64,000 nucleotides of DNA from Acidobacteriota bacterium (GCA_009694745.1 SHUF01000003.1:26558-90557), one strand, 5' to 3'; positions 10,127-19,709 are shown, counted from the first letter of the stretch. The notes: generated from the sequence alone by a model not told the origin. Translations and numbers: made by a program.

Positions 10127-10198
10127 ATCGCCCCATCGCCCCATCGCCCTATTGCCCCATTGCCTCATTGCCTCATTGCCTCATTCCCAAATAGACTG
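10127..10198 (+). repeat. Degenerate 8-bp-period tandem array (9 units) ending in a TAGACT box
   Basis: ATCGCCCC ATCGCCCC ATCGCCCT ATTGCCCC ATTGCCTC ATTGCCTC ATTGCCTC ATTCCCAA ATAGACTG, read directly. Lies in the divergent intergenic region 10057..10204. Confidence 0.9.
10192..10197 (+). promoter_or_regulatory. -10-like box TAGACT, 7 nt upstream of ATG 10205 (leaderless geometry)
   Basis: TAGACT-gccccgc-ATG. No Shine-Dalgarno between the box and the start. Confidence 0.4.
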
Positions 10199-10204
10199 CC
10201 CCGC

Positions 10205-11524
10205 ATGAGCGAATCCATCGGTTCCAGCGGCACCGGCATGAAGTTGCACACCAAGATCCTGTTGGGCCTGTCCGTTGGCCTTATTCTGGGCGTCGCGACC
10301 AACCTCACGGTCGGCGTCAACAATCCAACTGTGGAGTGGGTCAACAAGTATGTGGCCGGCCCGGTCGGGCAGGTCTTCCTCCGTATGTTGTTCATGGTGG
10401 TGATGCCACTGGTCTTTGCGTCCATTTCACTGGGTGTGGCCGGATTGGGTGACATTCGCAAGGTCGGCCGTGTCGGCGGCAAAGCCATCGGTTATTTCTT
10501 CATCACCACGTGCCTGGCTGCCACGCTTGGCCTGGTGGTCGTGAACGTCATGAAGCCGTGGAATCGTGTGACGCCTGAGACGCGCGTGGCGCTGATGGAA
10601 CGCTTCGCCGGCGACGCCTCGACGCGTGTGGAAGCTGCCGCCACGACCGGGCAGTTCGGGCCTGAGACGTTCGTCAATATCGTGCCGCGTAACCCGATCG
10701 ACGCCGCGGCGAAGACCGACATGCTCGCCATCATCTTCTTCGGCCTGATGTTCGGCGCGGCCCTCACCCTCATCCCTTCCGAAAAATCCAAACCGATGCT
10801 GGACTGGCTGGAAGCCCTGAATGAAATCGTCATCAAGATCATTCATTTCGCGATGTTGCTGGCGCCCTACGGTGTGGCCTGCCTCATTTTCGCCGTGGCG
10901 TCGCGCTTCGGCTTCGACCTGATGGTCGCAGTGGCTGCGTTCGTGGTCACCGTTCTGCTCGCCCTGATCCTGCACGTCCTGATCACGCTCTGCAGCATCC
11001 TGAAGTTCGGCCTCGGCCTGTCGCCCATCCTGTTTGTGTCACGCGTCAAGGCCGCACTCATCACGGCGTTTTCCACCAGCTCCTCAAGCGCCACGCTCCC
11101 GACAGGGCTGGAGGTGTCTGAACATCAGCTCGGCATTCCGCGCGGCATCGCCGGGTTCGTGTTGCCAATCGGCTCCACCATGTGCATGAACGGCACGGCG
11201 ATCTTCGAGGGCATCACCGTCATCTTCCTGGCGGAAATCTTCGGCATCGATTTGACCATCCCGCAGATGGCGATCGTCATGATCATGTCGGTCATCACCG
11301 CCATCGGCGCCGCAGGAGTTCCCGGCGGGTCTATCCCACTCCTCGTCGGCATCCTGGTGATGTTCGGTGTACCTGGCGAAGGCATCGCCATTGTGCTTGG
11401 CGTGGACCGCATCCTGGACATGTCGAGGACGACCGTGAATGTGTTTGGCGACCTGACCGCGGCGGTCTATGTGGCCAAGAGTGAAGGTGTCTGGACTCCC
11501 AAGGATGTGCCGGCAGCCTCGTAG
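10205..11524 (+). CDS. Dicarboxylate/amino acid:cation symporter (SDF/DAACS family, GltP/DctA-like)
   Basis: ORF 10160..11524. ATG 10205 chosen (MSESIGSSGTGMKLHTKILLGLSVG). Family-typical multi-TM sequence, e.g. FFITTCLAATLG and GAAGVPGGSIPLLVGIL. Confidence 0.85.
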   Translation: MSESIGSSGTGMKLHTKILLGLSVGLILGVATNLTVGVNNPTVEWVNKYVAGPVGQVFLRMLFMVVMPLVFASISLGVAGLGDIRKVGRVGGKAIGYFFITTCLAATLGLVVVNVMKPWNRVTPETRVALMERFAGDASTRVEAAATTGQFGPETFVNIVPRNPIDAAAKTDMLAIIFFGLMFGAALTLIPSEKSKPMLDWLEALNEIVIKIIHFAMLLAPYGVACLIFAVASRFGFDLMVAVAAFVVTVLLALILHVLITLCSILKFGLGLSPILFVSRVKAALITAFSTSSSSATLPTGLEVSEHQLGIPRGIAGFVLPIGSTMCMNGTAIFEGITVIFLAEIFGIDLTIPQMAIVMIMSVITAIGAAGVPGGSIPLLVGILVMFGVPGEGIAIVLGVDRILDMSRTTVNVFGDLTAAVYVAKSEGVWTPKDVPAAS

Positions 11525-11528
11525 GCAC

Positions 11529-11534
11529 TAGAAT
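11529..11534 (+). promoter_or_regulatory. -10-like box TAGAAT upstream of the MATE gene
   Basis: cacTAGAATactcagaccttccacgATG. Lies 16 nt before ATG 11551 and directly after the stop of the preceding gene. Confidence 0.3.
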
Positions 11535-11550
11535 ACTCAGACCTTCCACG

Positions 11551-12984
11551 ATGGCCGGTGAGTCCCAACCGTTACCAAAACCCGGGCAGAAGAAGTTCGA
11601 TCGCCGCATCATTGATGGCCCGCTGCCGCAGGCCGTCTGGATGCTGGCGTGGCCGACGATGCTGCAGAACATCATCGGCGGGCTGCAAGGCGTCATCGAC
11701 CACGCGCTGGTTGGACATTACGTCGGGCTGAACGCCAACGCCGCGATCGGCGTCAGCCTCCAGTTGTTCATCCTTGTCATCGTATTTGTTGCGTCGGTGT
11801 TTTCCGGCATGGGCGTGCTTGTGGCTCGGTTTGCCGGCGCTGGTGACGTGGAGGCAGTGAATCGCACGGTCTATCAGGCGTTCCTCACAGCGGTCTTCAT
11901 GGCCGTCGGCGTGCTGGCGCCCATCGGGTATTTCGCGGCGCCGTGGCTGCTGACCATGATCAACGCCGCCCCCGGCGTACAAGAGGAAGCGCTGCCGTTT
12001 CTGAGAACGATGTTCGTGTCGAGCATCGGGATGCTGACGTTTTTCATGATGAGCGGCGCGTTGCGCGCCGCAGGCGACGTCAAGACCACACTGCGGATGG
12101 GCGTGGCCATGACCATCATGAACATCGTGTTCAATATCGTGCTCATCACCGGTTGGGGACCGTTTCCGGCGTTGGGCACCTTTGGTGCAGGGCTGGGCAC
12201 AGCGGCGGCGGGCCTCATTACCGCGTTTGGATTTGTCTGGCTGCTGTTTTCCGGAAGGCTCGTGGTGCGGTTCACCCGCACGATGTCGTTCAAGCCCGAT
12301 TGGCCGATTATCCGGGAGCTGTTCCGGTTCGGGTTGCCCACCGGCATTCAGGGCATCGCGATGAATCTGGCCGGGTTGCTGATGCTGCGCTTCATCGGGT
12401 CGCTGCAGTACAGCGCCGAAGCGCAGGCCGCGTATGCGGTGGGCTACACCGAGTTGTTTTCGCTGATCACGTGGACGTCGGTGGGGCTGATGGGCGCGAC
12501 GGCCGCCGTGGCCGGACAGAACCTGGGCGCCGGCCATCCGGACCGCGCCGCGCAGTCAGTCGCGGTGGCCGGGCGGATTGGTCTGGCCGTGGCCGCAGTC
12601 GTGGGGTTGTCGTTTGTCCTGTTCCCGCGCGTGCTGCTCGGCGCGTTTGCGCTCGGGGATGGCGTGGGCTATGAAATCGGGAGCCAGTTGCTCCGCTACC
12701 TCGCAATCTCGGGCTTCTTTGTCACGGTGGCGCTCTGTTACACCGGCGGGCTCCAGGGCACCGGTGACACGAAAGGCCCGCTCTACATCTCGATCGTGTC
12801 CCAGGTGATCGTGCCTGTGGGCTGGTGCTCGATTCGTTCGGCCACCGGCACCCTGACTGCGGCCGATATCTGGCTGGCCATCGTTCTGGGTCATGCCACA
12901 CGCGCCATGCTGAGCGTCCTGCGATTTCGGCAGGGAAAATGGCGGAACATCCGGGTGGCCGTCCCCAAGTCGGCCACCCCGTAG
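11551..12984 (+). CDS. MATE family efflux transporter
   Basis: 477 aa, about 12 TM. N-terminal LPQAVWMLAWPTMLQNIIGGLQGVIDHALVGHYVG is typical of MATE/NorM-like proteins. Confidence 0.85.
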   Translation: MAGESQPLPKPGQKKFDRRIIDGPLPQAVWMLAWPTMLQNIIGGLQGVIDHALVGHYVGLNANAAIGVSLQLFILVIVFVASVFSGMGVLVARFAGAGDVEAVNRTVYQAFLTAVFMAVGVLAPIGYFAAPWLLTMINAAPGVQEEALPFLRTMFVSSIGMLTFFMMSGALRAAGDVKTTLRMGVAMTIMNIVFNIVLITGWGPFPALGTFGAGLGTAAAGLITAFGFVWLLFSGRLVVRFTRTMSFKPDWPIIRELFRFGLPTGIQGIAMNLAGLLMLRFIGSLQYSAEAQAAYAVGYTELFSLITWTSVGLMGATAAVAGQNLGAGHPDRAAQSVAVAGRIGLAVAAVVGLSFVLFPRVLLGAFALGDGVGYEIGSQLLRYLAISGFFVTVALCYTGGLQGTGDTKGPLYISIVSQVIVPVGWCSIRSATGTLTAADIWLAIVLGHATRAMLSVLRFRQGKWRNIRVAVPKSATP

Positions 12985-13064
12985 CCAACGGTGGCGTCGG
13001 GCCTGTTTGTGGCTGACAATCCCGCCGCCGATGTGTATCGTTTCGGAGATACTCCAGGGAGTTC

Positions 13065-15482
13065 ATGAAGAAGACTGCATTGACCGCGTTTGTAACCGTG
13101 CTGTTTGGCACGGCCTTCACCTTACGGGCGGGCACGGCCGCGAGCCCGGTTCGCACCGACGCGCCCCTTGGCTTCTCCGTGATGTCTGCGGCGGCGCAGA
13201 ACGACGCCCTGCAAAAGTTCTGCGGCGACTGTCACAACGACATTGACCTGAAGGGCGAGATGTCGCTCGATGGGTTCGACGCGAGACGCGCGGCCGACAA
13301 GGCGGTGTTGGCTGAAAAGGTGGTCAGCAAGTTGCGGACCGGCATGATGCCGCCCAAGGCGCATCCGCAACCGGACGCGGCCACACGAATCGCGCTTGTC
13401 GCCGGGCTCGAGGCCACCCTTGACGCCGCGGCGGTGGCCAACCCCAATCCGGGGCGCCGGCCGTTTCAACGGCTCAATCGCGCGGAGTACGCGGCAGCCG
13501 TGCGCGCGCTGTTCGGGCTGGACCTGGACGTGAGCGCCTACCTGCCGGCCGACACCATCAGCGCCGGCTTCGACAACATCGCTGATGTGCAGATGCCGTC
13601 GGCCACCGTGATGCAGGGGTATCTGCGGGCCGCGGCGCACGTGAGCCGCGTGGCCGTGGGTGACCCGGCCGCGGACCCCACATCAGCCACCTACGACGTC
13701 CCGCGCACCCGGTCGCAGAAGGAACGGCTCGACGGCGCGCCGTTCGGCACACGCGGCGGCACGGTGGTGACCCACAACTTTCCGGCGGACGGCAAATACA
13801 AGTTTCAACTCCTGCTGCATGGGGAGCCGACCGGCGCGCTCTTCGGGCGCACCGTTCGCGCCATCCGGATGGAAGTGGCGATCGACGGTGAACGTGCCGG
13901 CGTGGTGACCGTGGATCGGTGGATTTCGGAATCCGACCCGACCGGCCTGACGGTCTCGACTGAACCCATCTACGTGCGCGCAGGGGCGCGCCGGGTGGCC
14001 GCCACGTTCATTCAGGAGTTCGAAGGTTCGGAAGACGACCTCATCCGGCCGATTGACCACACCCTGGCAGATACCCAGATCGGCGTCGGCTACGGCGTCA
14101 CCACACTGCCCCACCTTCGCAACCTCGCCATCGTCGGCCCGTCGGAAGTGTCGGGTGTTTCCGACAATGCGACGCGGCGGAAGATCTTCTCCTGCCGCCC
14201 GACGGCGCCCAAGGAAGATGTGGCGTGCGCGCGCCGGATTGTTGATCGGCTTGGGACTGAAGCGTATCGCCGGCCATTGACCACAGCTGATGTGGACGAG
14301 CTCATGGCCTTTTATCGCCACGGCGCGGCCACCGACGGGTTTGAGGGCGGGATGCGCACGACGTTGCAAGCGATGCTCGCGAGCCTGCATTTCCTTTTCC
14401 GCGTTGAGGAGGTGCCTGCAGGCGTGGCGTCGGGCGGCATCTACCCGATTGGCGCAGTGGACATGGCCTCACGCCTGTCGTTCTTCCTGTGGGGCACCAT
14501 TCCCGATCGTCCGTTGATCGATGTGGCCCGCACCGGAGCGCTCACGCAGCCCGAGGTGTTCGCCCGTCAAGTGCGTCGCATGCTTGCCGACCCGAAAGCC
14601 GAGGCGCTCGCCACGCGGTTTGCCTCGCAGTACGTCAGGCTGCAGGACCTCGACAAGATCGAGCCCGATGCGCTGGACTACCCCTACTACGACGACACGC
14701 TCGCCGCCGCGATGCATCGCGAAACGGAACTGCTGTTCAACCATCTCGTGCGCGAAGACCGGCCGGTGATGGAAATGCTCACGGCCGACTACACGTTCGT
14801 CAACGAGCGCCTGGCGCGGCACTACGGATTTGGCGGGGTGAGCGGGCCGGAGTTCCGCAAGGTGTTGTATCCCGACGACCTGCGGCGCGGACTGCTGGGC
14901 CATGCGAGCATCCTGACGCTGACATCGCATGGCAACCGGACGTCGCCGGTGCTGCGGGGCAAGTGGGTCATGGAGGTGCTGCTGGGCAGTCCGCCGCCGC
15001 CGCCGCCGCCGAACATCCCTGACCTGGACGAGACGGGTGATGCGGTGGATGGCCGCTTCCTGTCGGTGGCCGAACAACTCGCCATGCATCGGAAGAACCC
15101 GGCGTGCAGTTCGTGCCACAACGTGATCGATCCAATCGGTCTCGCGCTCGACGGTTTTGACGTCACCGGATCATGGCGCATCAAGGACCGCGGCGTGCCG
15201 GTGAACACTGCGGGCGAACTGTATGACGGCACGCCCCTCAAGGGCGTCGCCGATCTGCGCGCAGCGCTCACGGCCCGCTCGGAGGTCGTGGTCACCCATT
15301 TCACCTCAATGCTGATGTCGTACGCGCTGGCTCGCCGCGTGGAGTACTACGACATGCCCGCCGTGCGGCGCATCGTGCGAGACGCCAGGGCTACGGACTA
15401 TCGGTTGTCGTCGCTGATTCTCGGCGTGGCGCGGAGTTCCGCGTTTCGCTCGGCTCGCAAGGAAGCGGTTGTCACGAAGTGA
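13065..15482 (+). CDS. DUF1592/DUF1588/DUF1585-type (PSD/PSCyt) multidomain protein with two CxxCH motifs
   Basis: Signal peptide. CGDCHN near the N terminus and CSSCHNVIDPIGLALDGFD near the C terminus. PPPPPPP linker. Architecture is typical of the Planctomycete/Acidobacteria family that pairs with DUF1552. Confidence 0.75.
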   Translation: MKKTALTAFVTVLFGTAFTLRAGTAASPVRTDAPLGFSVMSAAAQNDALQKFCGDCHNDIDLKGEMSLDGFDARRAADKAVLAEKVVSKLRTGMMPPKAHPQPDAATRIALVAGLEATLDAAAVANPNPGRRPFQRLNRAEYAAAVRALFGLDLDVSAYLPADTISAGFDNIADVQMPSATVMQGYLRAAAHVSRVAVGDPAADPTSATYDVPRTRSQKERLDGAPFGTRGGTVVTHNFPADGKYKFQLLLHGEPTGALFGRTVRAIRMEVAIDGERAGVVTVDRWISESDPTGLTVSTEPIYVRAGARRVAATFIQEFEGSEDDLIRPIDHTLADTQIGVGYGVTTLPHLRNLAIVGPSEVSGVSDNATRRKIFSCRPTAPKEDVACARRIVDRLGTEAYRRPLTTADVDELMAFYRHGAATDGFEGGMRTTLQAMLASLHFLFRVEEVPAGVASGGIYPIGAVDMASRLSFFLWGTIPDRPLIDVARTGALTQPEVFARQVRRMLADPKAEALATRFASQYVRLQDLDKIEPDALDYPYYDDTLAAAMHRETELLFNHLVREDRPVMEMLTADYTFVNERLARHYGFGGVSGPEFRKVLYPDDLRRGLLGHASILTLTSHGNRTSPVLRGKWVMEVLLGSPPPPPPPNIPDLDETGDAVDGRFLSVAEQLAMHRKNPACSSCHNVIDPIGLALDGFDVTGSWRIKDRGVPVNTAGELYDGTPLKGVADLRAALTARSEVVVTHFTSMLMSYALARRVEYYDMPAVRRIVRDARATDYRLSSLILGVARSSAFRSARKEAVVTK

Positions 15483-15492
15483 GGGTTCTGCC

Positions 15493-16902
15493 ATGTATCT
15501 GACCGGAAAACACATCTCGCGCCGCACGGCGTTGCGGGGCCTGGGCGCCACCATCGCGCTGCCGTTGCTCGACTCCATGATCCCCGCGCGCACCGTCTTC
15601 GCCCGCACGGAGGCGGGGCGCCTGGCCGACCGCATGCGACTGGTGTGCATCGAGCAGGTGCATGGGGCCGCTGGTTGCAGCGAAATTGGCGCCGCACAGT
15701 ACTTGTGGAATCCGGCCGAGGTCGGTCGCAAGTTTGACCTGAGCAAAGGCAGCCTGAGTCCGCTTGAGCCGTACCGCGATTACCTGACCATCGTGAGCAA
15801 CACCGACACGCGAATGGCCGAGGCGTTTGCGCCGGCCGAGGTCGGCGGCGATCACTTCAGGTCAAGCGCCGTGATGTTCACCCACGTGCGTCCGAAGCTG
15901 ACCGAAGGGTCGGATGTGCGAGTCGGCACGTCGATGGACCAGCTCTACGTGCAGAAGTTCGGCCAGGACACACCGATCCCGTCGATGCAGCTCAGCATTG
16001 AGCCGGTGGACCAATCCGGCGGCTGCGCCTACGGCTACGCGTGCGTCTACACCGACACCATCAGCTGGGCCGGGCCGGAAGAGCCGCTGCCGATGGTGCG
16101 CGACCCGCGCATGGTGTTTGAGCTGTTGTTCGGCGCCGGCGGCACACCCGAACAGCGCACCATGCGGCGCGCGACGGATCGGAGCATCCTGGATATGCTC
16201 GTGTCGCAGATGGCGGGCCTTCGGCGTGACTTGGGCCCGGCCGACAAGGCGCGGCTCGATCAGTACGCCAGTAATATTCGAGAGATCGAACAGCGCATCC
16301 AGCGCGTCGAAGCGCGCAATGCCAGCGGCGAGACGCGCGAGTTGCCCGGCGCTCCGGCCGGCGTGCCCGACGCGTTTGATGAACACGTCAAGCTGATGTT
16401 CGACCTGCAGCTGCTGGCGTTTACCTCAGACACCACGCGGGTGTTCTCGTTCAAGCTCGGCCGCGACGGTTCAGGCCGCGTGTACCCAGGCAGCGGCATT
16501 GAAACCGGCTTCCACAATGCGTCGCACCACGGCGTGGCCGAGGAACGCATCCGTCAGTTCGCCGAGATCAATAAACACCACGTCTCGATGCTGCCGTACT
16601 TCCTGGAGCGGTTGAAGACCACCATGGAAGGCGACGCGTCGCTGCTCGACAAGACGCTGATCGTGTACGGCTCACCGATGGCGAATGCCAATGTGCACAA
16701 TCACCGGAACTGTCCGCTGATCCTGCTGGGGCGCGGCGGCGGCATCCTCGAAGGCGGCGTGCACCTCAAAGCCGACAGCGGCACGCCCATGGCCAACGTG
16801 ATGCTGGGCCTCATGCACAAGGTGGGACTGGACATGAAGACATTCGGCGATAGCAGCGGCGACTTCTCGTTCACGGCGCCAGGCGCGGTGTCACATGCGT
16901 AG
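15493..16902 (+). CDS. DUF1552 (HXXSHH) family protein with Tat-like signal
   Basis: ATG 15493 with GAGGG RBS. N terminus SRRTALRGLGATIALPLLDSM. Signature FHNASHHG. Confidence 0.75.
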   Translation: MYLTGKHISRRTALRGLGATIALPLLDSMIPARTVFARTEAGRLADRMRLVCIEQVHGAAGCSEIGAAQYLWNPAEVGRKFDLSKGSLSPLEPYRDYLTIVSNTDTRMAEAFAPAEVGGDHFRSSAVMFTHVRPKLTEGSDVRVGTSMDQLYVQKFGQDTPIPSMQLSIEPVDQSGGCAYGYACVYTDTISWAGPEEPLPMVRDPRMVFELLFGAGGTPEQRTMRRATDRSILDMLVSQMAGLRRDLGPADKARLDQYASNIREIEQRIQRVEARNASGETRELPGAPAGVPDAFDEHVKLMFDLQLLAFTSDTTRVFSFKLGRDGSGRVYPGSGIETGFHNASHHGVAEERIRQFAEINKHHVSMLPYFLERLKTTMEGDASLLDKTLIVYGSPMANANVHNHRNCPLILLGRGGGILEGGVHLKADSGTPMANVMLGLMHKVGLDMKTFGDSSGDFSFTAPGAVSHA

Positions 16903-18646
16903 GCTGCGGGTGCTCGCGCTCGTCGGCGCGTTGTCACTGATGCTGGTGGCGGCTGCGCCGGCGCCGGAATCCAGAGTCGCTGACGCGGCGATGAAGGGCG
17001 ACGTGACCACGGTGCGGACGTTGCTCCGCGACGGCGCCGACGTCAACGCGGCCCAGGGCGATGGCATGACCGCGCTCCATTGGGCGGCGCTCAACGGCGA
17101 TATCAAAACGATGGACCTGTTGCTGATTGGCGGGGCCGTCGTGGAGCCACTGACCCGCGTCGGCGGATACACGCCGCTGCATCTGGCGAGTTCGCGCGGA
17201 CATGCGCCGATCGTGGCTCGACTGCTTGAAGCAGGAAGCAAACCGAAGGCGGTCACCGAGACCGGCGTACAGCCCATCCACCTTGCGGCGCAGGCCGGCA
17301 GCGCAGACGCGGTGCGGTTCCTGCTCGATCGCGGAGCCGACGTGAATGCCGTTGACGCGACGCATGGCCGCACGCCTCTGGTGTTTGCGGCCTCGCAAAA
17401 TCGCATCGAGGCCATGCGGATGCTGATCGAGAGGGGCGCGAACAGCGTGTTGACCACGACGGTCATCGATTACGGTCAGCGGTCCCGGGCCGACAGCACC
17501 GCCCGCATGACCCGCGACCGCGTGATCACGGCGACCACGGGACGAACGCCGATGGCGCCGCCACAATTTGACCCGCCGCAGACCGGCAGGGCCGCCACCG
17601 TGGGGCCCGATGGCCAGCTGGCCGCCGACCCTGCGCCAGGACGAGGCGGGCGCGCCGGAGGAGTCGCAGGCGGGCCACGACCCGCCTCCGACATCCAGCA
17701 GATTGGCCGGCAGGGCGGACTCTCGGCGCTGCACTATGCGGCGCGCGACGGGTTTGCCGCCGCAGCGACGATGCTGCTTGATTCGGGTGTGGACGTAAAC
17801 CTGCCGACCGACGGGGACAAGTCAACGCCGATGCTGGTGGCGATCATCAACGGCCACTACGACCTCGCGATGACGTTGCTCAAGCGCGGTGCAAATCCGA
17901 ACCTGGTGAGCGATGACGGCGCGGCGCCACTCTTCGCTCTGGTCAATCACGAGTGGGCGTTGCGCACGTGGTACCCCCAGCCAACGGCCGCGGCCCAGCA
18001 GCGGGCCTCTCACCTCCAGTTGATGGAAGCATTGCTGCAGGCGGGCGCCGATCCCAACGCGCGCACGGGGTCGCACATCTGGTACGCGGCCTACAATGCC
18101 GGGCGCATGGGCGTGGATTACACCGGAGCCACGACCTTCTGGCGCGCGGCGTATTCACTGGACGTGGAAGCGATGCGCTTGCTCGTGCGGCACGGCGCCG
18201 ACCCGAACATCGCGACGATGTCGTACGGCGCCACCGCGCGACAGGGCCTGCCTGCGATGCCGTCAGGCGGCCCGCACGTGCCGCCGTTCCATGCCGCCAG
18301 CGGCGTGGGTTACGGCACCTCGCGCGTAGCCCAGCAGCACCAGCATGTGCCGGATGGCTGGATGCCCGCGGCCAAGTACTTCCTTGAGGAGTTGGGCGTG
18401 GACATCAACGTCCGTGACGCCGACGGATTCACGGCGCTCCACCACGCTGCGGCGCGCGGCGACAACGCGATGATTCTGTACCTCGTGAAGCGGGGCGCGA
18501 ACGTCATGGCCGTGAACCGCAATGGCCAGACCACCGTGGACATGGCCAACAGCCCCGAGCAGCGCACGCAACCCTTCCCCGAGACCATCAAGCTCCTCGA
18601 GGGCATGGGCGCGAAAAACAACAACAACTGCCAGGCCTGCAAGTAG
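16895..18646 (+). CDS. Secreted ankyrin-repeat protein
   Basis: Start overlaps the DUF1552 stop by 8 nt. Signal peptide MRRLRVLALVGALSLMLVAAAPA. Repeated G.TALHWAA..G....LL..GADVNA ankyrin units. Pro/Gly-rich insertion. C-terminal CQACK. Confidence 0.85.
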   Translation: MRRLRVLALVGALSLMLVAAAPAPESRVADAAMKGDVTTVRTLLRDGADVNAAQGDGMTALHWAALNGDIKTMDLLLIGGAVVEPLTRVGGYTPLHLASSRGHAPIVARLLEAGSKPKAVTETGVQPIHLAAQAGSADAVRFLLDRGADVNAVDATHGRTPLVFAASQNRIEAMRMLIERGANSVLTTTVIDYGQRSRADSTARMTRDRVITATTGRTPMAPPQFDPPQTGRAATVGPDGQLAADPAPGRGGRAGGVAGGPRPASDIQQIGRQGGLSALHYAARDGFAAAATMLLDSGVDVNLPTDGDKSTPMLVAIINGHYDLAMTLLKRGANPNLVSDDGAAPLFALVNHEWALRTWYPQPTAAAQQRASHLQLMEALLQAGADPNARTGSHIWYAAYNAGRMGVDYTGATTFWRAAYSLDVEAMRLLVRHGADPNIATMSYGATARQGLPAMPSGGPHVPPFHAASGVGYGTSRVAQQHQHVPDGWMPAAKYFLEELGVDINVRDADGFTALHHAAARGDNAMILYLVKRGANVMAVNRNGQTTVDMANSPEQRTQPFPETIKLLEGMGAKNNNNCQACK

Positions 18647-18665
18647 CCGTCAGACGTTTAGCAAG

Positions 18666-18932
18666 ATGCCGCTCTTTGATTTTCGCTGCCGGTCCTGCGC
18701 CCACGAATTCGAGACGTTGATTCGGCCGGCTTCTCACGGCGACCCTGCGCCCTCGTGCCCCGAGTGCGGAGCCGACGCGCCCATACGGCTCCTCTCGACC
18801 TTTGCGCTCAGCTCACGTGAGAAGACACAAGCCGCCGCTGCCGCCAAGAACAAGAAAGCGGCCACCATCGCCCGCGCCGACACGGCCGCGATGGACCGCG
18901 AAATCGATCACCATCGGCACGAAGATCATTGA
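18666..18932 (+). CDS. FmdB-family putative zinc-ribbon regulatory protein
   Basis: MPLFDFRCRSCAHEFE...CPECGA (CxxC...CxxC zinc ribbon). 88 aa. Confidence 0.75.
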   Translation: MPLFDFRCRSCAHEFETLIRPASHGDPAPSCPECGADAPIRLLSTFALSSREKTQAAAAAKNKKAATIARADTAAMDREIDHHRHEDH

Positions 18933-18976
18933 CACGCCTCTTATAGCGCGCGCTGGGTCTCAAGCGCGCGGACGGC

Positions 18977-19077
18977 CTCGGCCTTGAAACCCAGGCCGAG
19001 CTACGTTCGGAAGGGGCGGGCCAGGCACGAGCGGATATCGATCCGGAACGTAGCTCGGGCTGATTCTCAAGCCCGAG
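18977..19077. repeat. Composite palindromic (BIME/REP-like) element, copy A
   Basis: Hairpin CTCGGCCT-N8-AGGCCGAG (18977..19000). Long CTACGTTCGG...CCGGAACGTAG palindromic linker. Hairpin CTCGGGCT-N8-AGCCCGAG (19054..19077). Confidence 0.85.
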
Positions 19078-19266
19078 TGTGCCAGCCTGCATGGCCACGT
19101 TGGCACGATCGTTGGACTCGCCCGCCAGTGATGGCACCCCGACCGAGGGGCGGCGTGCGGCAGCGCAGCTATCCAGGTACGGATTGGGCCAGCGCTTCGC
19201 CAGTGTTCGCGCCGATCTCAATGCCGCGTATGATGCGGCGATCGGTCTGTCACAGGAGAAGGCACC

Positions 19267-19709
19267 ATGATTCGCCCCGCCACCGCTGTCATCCTCGGCT
19301 ACCTCACCATGGCCATCGCCGTCATGGTGGCCTTTGCCGCGACGTATCCCGTGCTTGGCATCGATCGCCTGTTCGCGCCAGGCACATACGAAGCCGCCGG
19401 GGGTGGATTGCGCTGAGCTTCATGCTGGGCCTGTTCAGCGCGGCGGCCGGGGGATGGGTGTGCGCCCGTATCGCACCCGGCACACCCGCGCCGCAATGGC
19501 TGGCGGCGATCGTGATCGTGCTTGGTGCACTGATGGCGGTGCCGGCGGTCATGCCCACGGATCCGGCGCGGGGAGGCGCACGGCCGGCCGACGCCACCAT
19601 GTCTGACGCGATGAACCACGCGCGGCAACCCACCTGGGTGGCGCTCCTTAATCCACTCGTCGGCGCCGCAGGTGTTCTGTTGGGCGCAGGTTTGCGACGC
19701 AAGGGGTGA
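19267..19709 (+). pseudogene. Small integral-membrane protein with probable frameshift in a G5 run
   Basis: ATG 19267 (GGAGAAGG RBS) gives MIRPATAVILGYLTMAIAVMVAFAATYPVLGIDRLFAPGTYEAAGGG then a stop at 19414. Adding one G to GGGGG (19399..19403) joins it to WIALSFMLGLFSAAAGGWVCARIA...GAGLRRKG, ending at 19709. Confidence 0.35.

Noticed and set aside
10127-10198. CRISPR array (also considered for 42172..42219 and 36041..36068)
   Set aside because: The units are only 7-8 bp and contiguous, with no spacers. No cas genes are present in the window.
19079-19270. 63-aa ORF ending in an ATGA overlap with the small membrane-protein gene
   Set aside because: No recognisable motif, no RBS, and its start lies immediately next to the REP-like element (copy A ends at 19077). 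It could be real, but I cannot support it.
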